NCBI RefSeq assembly: GCF_964204645.1
Contig: NC_134028.1
Span: 21,324,345-21,388,344, forward strand
DNA from: Tubulanus polymorphus
Lineage: Eukaryota > Animalia > Nemertea
Length of the DNA stretch: 64,000 bases
Direction of reading: 5' to 3'
The position numbers and the translations under genes are program-made. Below are positions 58,757 to 64,000 of this stretch, in pieces. Position 1 is the first letter of the stretch. Each line of letters starts with the position of its first letter. The notes beneath the pieces are model-generated. The model worked only from the letters and a program-made list of their open reading frames with translations, ran no database searches and was not told the DNA's origin.

Positions 58757-60445
58757 ATGGATGTAGAAGGTGGAGAAGATTATGAAATTGGAGAAATGGG
58801 AAATAATAATGAAGGATATATTGATGATGATTATAATGATGCAGGTGCTAATATTGATAATGATGATGAATCAGCATATAATACTAATTTAGGTGAAGAT
58901 GATGATTATGATGATGATTATGATGATGATCCCGAATTACGTGAAAAATTAAATAAATATTTAGAAGCTCCTGAAAGGGGTAGAATTTCAACTAGAAGAG
59001 AAAGAAAAGAATTTATGAAACTATTAGTAGAACAACAAGAAAAATATCCTGATAAACCTATGGAATTATATAGAATGAAATCTAGAGTAACAGATACAAT
59101 TGTTAACGAATTATTACCAAAAGTTGTAATAGATGAAATTGAAACTGAAGATGTTGTAGAACAAATTTTTAAAGATGACCCATATTTCACAAATAATTTA
59201 GAATTTAAAAATGATTCATGGTATTATAATGTTAATTTAAATAACAAAATTGTATCAATTCAATTATCTAAAATGGGTCAAGAAAATATTTATGAACCTG
59301 GAATGCGAGCATTATCTACAATTGAAAGTTCAAAAGGTGGTAGAGAATTTCTCAGAATTATATGGAATGCACTCGATAGAGTAAATGAAGAAGAACCAAT
59401 TCCTAATATTGATATAAACAAATATTCACCATTTAAAAATCCAAATCCTACTGATTTTGATCCAGAAATGGAAGAGAATAGAAATCAATTAGATAAATTA
59501 AGATCTTCAACACCCGAAACATCGAGAAGAGACACTCAACAAATTGATAATGATTCAAGTCAATTACAATTAACATTAGAAAAACAAATTAATAGATTAA
59601 GTGATTCAGAAGAAGAAATGAATAGTACTGGAATAAATCAACTGCAATATTTACTAGAAAAAGGATTATTTGATTTAACTGATGATGAATTAGAAGCATT
59701 TCCTGAACAAGCACGTAGAGAAATTAAAGGTATGCAAGAATCAGCTGATAAAATTGCGCATGATAAAAGTATAAGAGATTTTAAGATTAGAACTTTAGAA
59801 AAAGAATTAACTGATAAAAATAAAGAAATAGAAAAAATAAAGTCTGATTTAGATCATCAAGTAATTGATGAAATAGAATATAGGCAAAAAGAATTACGTT
59901 TAGAAAAAGAAATAGATGATTTAAAATATAACAAAGAATTACAGGAAAAAGAAAGAGATACATTATTAAAATTATATGATAATAATATTAATAGATTAAA
60001 AGTTAATTTTAAAGATTTGTTGATTAAACCAGATTCTGAAATATCATTAAAAGACAGAATAAAGTTATTATTTAAATTAGAAGGTATAACAATTCTTTCA
60101 ATTCTAACAGCTGTAACTATGTTATTTACAACAATAGGTTTAGCTATATCAAATGCTTAAAAATCTACTCCTACTCCAAATAAACCGGATAAACCTCCAG
60201 GCAATAATTCTATACAAGATAAAGTTAAAGATGGTTTAAAGAAATTAGCAAAATATTTATGGGAACTATCAAAGAAATCTGCTGCAGCATTGCCAGGAGT
60301 TATTGCTTCAATTGTTGGTTTTGTTTTAAAATCTGCAGGAAACATTATTAACTTTGCTGCTGAACATATTATTTTATTTTTAATTACAGTTGTAAGTGCT
60401 ATTATTTTTGGGTTAGTAAATATGATATCAAAAAATATCAAGTAA
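58757..60445 (+). CDS. Acidic coiled-coil protein with hydrophobic C-terminus; frameshift near 60158
   Basis: Adding one T at GCTTAA gives ISNALKSTPTP..AAALPGVIASIVGFVLK..IILFLITVVSAIIFGLV..KNIK*. Confidence 0.75.
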
Positions 60446-60485
60446 CCATGATAAAAAATAAATAATTAATTTTTTTGTTAAATAA

Positions 60486-61733
60486 ATGAGTGGGAGTTAT
60501 ATCAGTCCTTCTAAGATTTCTAGAATATCTAACGCTATTAAAGCAGAAAGATCACATCATATAATTACTCATAACCCTTCAAATATTAATCCCGATGAAA
60601 CTTTATACGTTAGAATTCCGAGATTAACACAAAATACTTTTTATGTTCCAAATAGTATTTATTTATCAGCTGATATAAAAGTAATCGGTAATAATAATAA
60701 TTATGTTGTCGATAATGTTGGAAGATATTTGATTAAAAAGTTAACAATAAAGATTGGTCCGGAAACAGTTTTCTCATTAGATGATTATAATTTATTTATG
60801 CATTATAAAGATTTATGGTTAACAAAAGAAAATAGAAATAATATGATATTTCAAGGCATCCAATCAGAAAACCAAAATAAATTAAGATCAGAAGCTAATA
60901 GCGCAATATTAACAAATGATGTAGATAAATTGATAAAAAGTATATATGGAAGCAAATATAAAATTCCATTAGACTTTGAATTGATAAATAATAATGCGCC
61001 TTTATATAAATACGCAATTCAAGAAGATATTATATTCGAGATAACATTTGCTCCTGTAAATGAAATTGTATTATCTAGCGTTAATAAAGATATGGGTTAT
61101 AAATTATCGAATATATGTTTAGAATATGATACAGTAACTGATGAAAATATTGCTAGAACAATTCAAACTCAATACAATCAAGGGTTTTCATTATTATATG
61201 ATTATATTGATAAATTTAAAACTGTAACTATTAATGCAAATGATGAAATAATTAATGAGAATATTAACTTCCCTAGAAGATCTATTAAAGGTATATTAAT
61301 ATTTCTTACCATTGGAACGTATACTAATGGTGCAATAAATGTTGACAATTATTATAATCCTGAAATAACAAAAGTAGAAATAACTATTGAAGGTATAGCA
61401 AATAAAATATTTTGTCAAGGAATGAGAATGATTGATCAATGGGTAGAAATTAAAAAACATTTTATGAATGAAAAAGTAAAATCATTTGAAAATTGTAACA
61501 TTAATCAAATTGATTATTATACCGGTAATAAATATGCATTATGGGTAGATTTTAGAACAACTGAAGATAATTCATTACATGGTTCTGGAAAAAAACTACA
61601 AAATACAAAAGATGGAATACAATTATTCATGACAAAGAAAAAAGGAATTAAAAATTTTAAAATGCATATTTATATTATATCTGACGCGCAATTAAATATT
61701 GTAAATTCACAATTAGATAGTGTTATGTATTAA
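60486..61733 (+). CDS. Major capsid protein (predicted double jelly-roll)
   Basis: 415 aa, beta-rich; NPSNINPDETLYVRIPRL, NVGRYLIKKLTIKIG, LSNICLEYD, ALWVDFRT; size and position fit a Polinton-like capsid. Confidence 0.8.
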   Translation: MSGSYISPSKISRISNAIKAERSHHIITHNPSNINPDETLYVRIPRLTQNTFYVPNSIYLSADIKVIGNNNNYVVDNVGRYLIKKLTIKIGPETVFSLDDYNLFMHYKDLWLTKENRNNMIFQGIQSENQNKLRSEANSAILTNDVDKLIKSIYGSKYKIPLDFELINNNAPLYKYAIQEDIIFEITFAPVNEIVLSSVNKDMGYKLSNICLEYDTVTDENIARTIQTQYNQGFSLLYDYIDKFKTVTINANDEIINENINFPRRSIKGILIFLTIGTYTNGAINVDNYYNPEITKVEITIEGIANKIFCQGMRMIDQWVEIKKHFMNEKVKSFENCNINQIDYYTGNKYALWVDFRTTEDNSLHGSGKKLQNTKDGIQLFMTKKKGIKNFKMHIYIISDAQLNIVNSQLDSVMY

Positions 61734-61765
61734 AATTTTAACTTTAATAAAAATATATATAATAA

Positions 61766-62824
61766 ATGGAAGGTAAAGTATATAAACATATTCCATACAT
61801 CGATACCGATGAAAATAATGATGGTTTATATTATGTAATACCTTGTAATATAGCTTTGATATTTGATCCTATTTTTAAAAATTATAAAACTAAACTAATA
61901 GAAATCGATAATAATAAAAGTGAAGTTGTTGATAATTTAAGTAATGTAATTGATAATAATGTAATACCTTCTACATCTAATAACATAATACCTTCTACAT
62001 CTGTAATACCTTTTACATCAAATAATATAATACCTTCTACACCTGTAATACCTTCTACATCTGTAATACCCTCTACATCAAATAATATAATACCTTCTAC
62101 ACCTGTAATACCTTCTACATCTAATAATGTGATGCCTAATACATCTAATAATGTAATACCTTCTACATCTAATAATGTAATACCTTCTACATCTAATAAT
62201 GCAATAATATTAAATGTTAGTGAAAATAGAAATTATTGTGGTTATTGTAATGGTGAATTTTCAAACGCTCCATCAAATTGGAATAAACATATGAATACAA
62301 ATTCACATATTACTAATGTTATAGAACGTGTTGGTAAAAAAGAATTTATAGAACACCCATTTAGATATGTTACAAAGTTTGTTTCAAATAAAAAAGTAAA
62401 TGGTGAAAAAATATATGAAGATTTATTATTAGCAACACCTAATAAAGATGAATTAGATTTAACTGATGCTAATGAAATATTAGGATCAAACACTGTAAAT
62501 GAAATATTAGGAGCAAACACTAATAAAGATGATGTCATACACCCACATGATGATATAGTTACAGATAAACATATTGATAATAAAGATTCTATAAAACTTA
62601 AAGTAGAAAATAATGATAAATTTGATTGGAACAATAAGCTTAACAATAAAACAACTATTGATGATTTAGTAAAAAATGTGAAAAAGATGAAAAAGGTGAA
62701 AAAGGTGAAAAAGGTGAAAAAAAATTATAAAGATGTTGATGTAGATTCGGTAGAGCATTTAAATATGTTGTTAGCGTCTGATAGTGAAAGTGATTCAGAA
62801 ATTGATTATCTAACACTCGAATAA
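61766..62824 (+). CDS. Low-complexity protein with (NN)VIPSTS repeats and one zinc finger
   Basis: 18/24-bp repeats at about 61955-62205; CGYC..HMNTNSH; KKVKKVKK; acidic tail. Confidence 0.7.
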   Translation: MEGKVYKHIPYIDTDENNDGLYYVIPCNIALIFDPIFKNYKTKLIEIDNNKSEVVDNLSNVIDNNVIPSTSNNIIPSTSVIPFTSNNIIPSTPVIPSTSVIPSTSNNIIPSTPVIPSTSNNVMPNTSNNVIPSTSNNVIPSTSNNAIILNVSENRNYCGYCNGEFSNAPSNWNKHMNTNSHITNVIERVGKKEFIEHPFRYVTKFVSNKKVNGEKIYEDLLLATPNKDELDLTDANEILGSNTVNEILGANTNKDDVIHPHDDIVTDKHIDNKDSIKLKVENNDKFDWNNKLNNKTTIDDLVKNVKKMKKVKKVKKVKKNYKDVDVDSVEHLNMLLASDSESDSEIDYLTLE

Positions 62825-62949
62825 TAAAGGTTGAAAATTATATAAAATAATATTAAATAAAAAAGGGGTTTTAATTATTTAAGGTATCTAATAGGGTATC
62901 AGGTATTAGGGTATATAATAGGGTATCTAATATATAGGTAAACAAATAG

Positions 62950-63561
62950 TTATTTTATAAATTTATATTCATATGGAAATTGTAATCTCATTAATAATTT
63001 TGAACCTTTATTATTTTTTAATTTATTCATATATTCATCATGTAATTCAGGAGGTATAATTTGATTTTCTTCCAATGATTGTTGCATAGATTTTCTATCT
63101 TTGTTGTAGAATAAAACTAGAAATCTTATATTCTCTCTAAAATCTTTCACAATTGAATTATATTTCTGATTTAAAACCCATGTTGTTATCCCAAAATGTC
63201 TACCAGAGAAAGCTAAATAACATAACTCGCTTTCTCTAATTTTAGAATCATGTAAATTTGCGCAATCATCGATAATAAATAATGTATTAGATCCTTTATA
63301 AATATCTAATGTAATTTTTATACAATTATCTAAATTTTCTTTTACTGTTTTAGGGTCTAATATAATAAACTTTTTTATCTTAACTATATCTCTATTATAT
63401 GTTTTATTCATTTCATATGTAGGACAGAATAATATTATATTATCAAAATGATTCTTATAAATAGTTTCTAATAAATCTAATATGAAGTGTGTTTTACCAC
63501 AATTGGTTACACCAGTAACTAACATATTATGAGGTTCAAATATAAATAAATCTTTATTCAT
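62950..63561 (-). CDS. A32/FtsK-HerA-type genome packaging ATPase
   Basis: Walker A GVTNCGKT, Walker B LFIIDD, and GRH motif. Confidence 0.92.
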   Translation of the reverse strand: MNKDLFIFEPHNMLVTGVTNCGKTHFILDLLETIYKNHFDNIILFCPTYEMNKTYNRDIVKIKKFIILDPKTVKENLDNCIKITLDIYKGSNTLFIIDDCANLHDSKIRESELCYLAFSGRHFGITTWVLNQKYNSIVKDFRENIRFLVLFYNKDRKSMQQSLEENQIIPPELHDEYMNKLKNNKGSKLLMRLQFPYEYKFIK

Positions 63562-64000
63562 TTATTCTTTTAATTTTACTAGATAAAATCCATTCATTAA
63601 ATTTATCATCATATCCTTTATATTTCACCAAAGAATACTTTTTTCCTTTAAGAGTTTTTGTTTTCAATACTTTTTCTATTTTGTATTCTATTTCATCTGG
63701 ATTTGGTACTAATGATAATTCTTGTTCATAGAAATAACCTAATATTTCTTCATCTTTTAGATCTTCTAATTTATAAACAAATGGTTTAGTTAATATTATC
63801 TTTTTAATTTTAAATATTTCTTCAGTAAAATTAGGGGTATAACCTTTATAAAATGTTTTTCGATATTTAGAAATTCTAACGTGTTGTCCTATTTTAAATT
63901 TAGGTTCTCCAAAATCATGTGTAACAAATGCTCCATATAAATTATTCCAAACTATTTCTGAATTTTCTTCTTTTCTAGCTTGTATAGGTTTCATATTTAT
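63554..64000 (-). CDS. Polinton integrase, C-terminal part with chromodomain (5' part outside the window)
   Basis: MKP..PKFKIGQHVRISK..KGYTPNFTEEIF..FYEQEL..LVKYKGYDDKFNEWI; aligns with the C-terminus of ORF 14596..15687. Confidence 0.9.
   Translation of the reverse strand: MNMKPIQARKEENSEIVWNNLYGAFVTHDFGEPKFKIGQHVRISKYRKTFYKGYTPNFTEEIFKIKKIILTKPFVYKLEDLKDEEILGYFYEQELSLVPNPDEIEYKIEKVLKTKTLKGKKYSLVKYKGYDDKFNEWILSSKIKRINE

Larger units (their letters stand above)
50573..64000 (+). mobile_element. Near-intact AT-rich Polinton-like endogenous virus (continues past the window end; left terminus uncertain)
   Basis: pPolB, penton-like, capsid, A32-like ATPase and integrase genes densely packed, with a sharp compositional shift from the host DNA. 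Confidence 0.9.

Noticed and set aside
60157-60441. Minus-strand 94-aa ORF
   Set aside because: It is the shadow of the frameshifted plus-strand C-terminus of the 58757 gene.

Overview
Repeat-rich eukaryotic DNA, probably from an invertebrate animal; the two intronless GPCRs look lophotrochozoan (inference). Four zones. (1) About 1-21,300: a patchwork of short, mostly plus-strand fragments of Polinton/Maverick protein-primed DNA polymerase (pPolB) and accessory genes, interspersed with 52-bp hairpin tandem arrays. Inside it sits a 6,942-bp Polinton (9612-16553) with 106-bp TIRs, AGTAGT...ACTACT ends and a TACCCC target-site duplication (TSD). It carries integrase, capsid, protease and triple-RING genes but no polymerase or ATPase, and it is inserted into another Polinton's pPolB. 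(2) About 21,300-36,900: nested MITEs and an intact, very young Ty3/Gypsy element (27139-34724, 429-bp LTRs). (3) About 36,900-45,900: two convergent class A GPCR genes and LINE remnants. (4) About 45,900-64,000: an extremely AT-rich Polinton-like virus, present as a decayed inverted copy head-to-head with a near-intact copy (pPolB, penton, several membrane proteins, capsid, ATPase, integrase running off the window). The most notable signal is that almost every gene start of this element is TAAATG, with either a T-tract or an A-tract upstream. This resembles poxvirus late and intermediate promoters and suggests a virophage-like dependence on a pox-like helper virus. All alignments were done by eye and none were computed.
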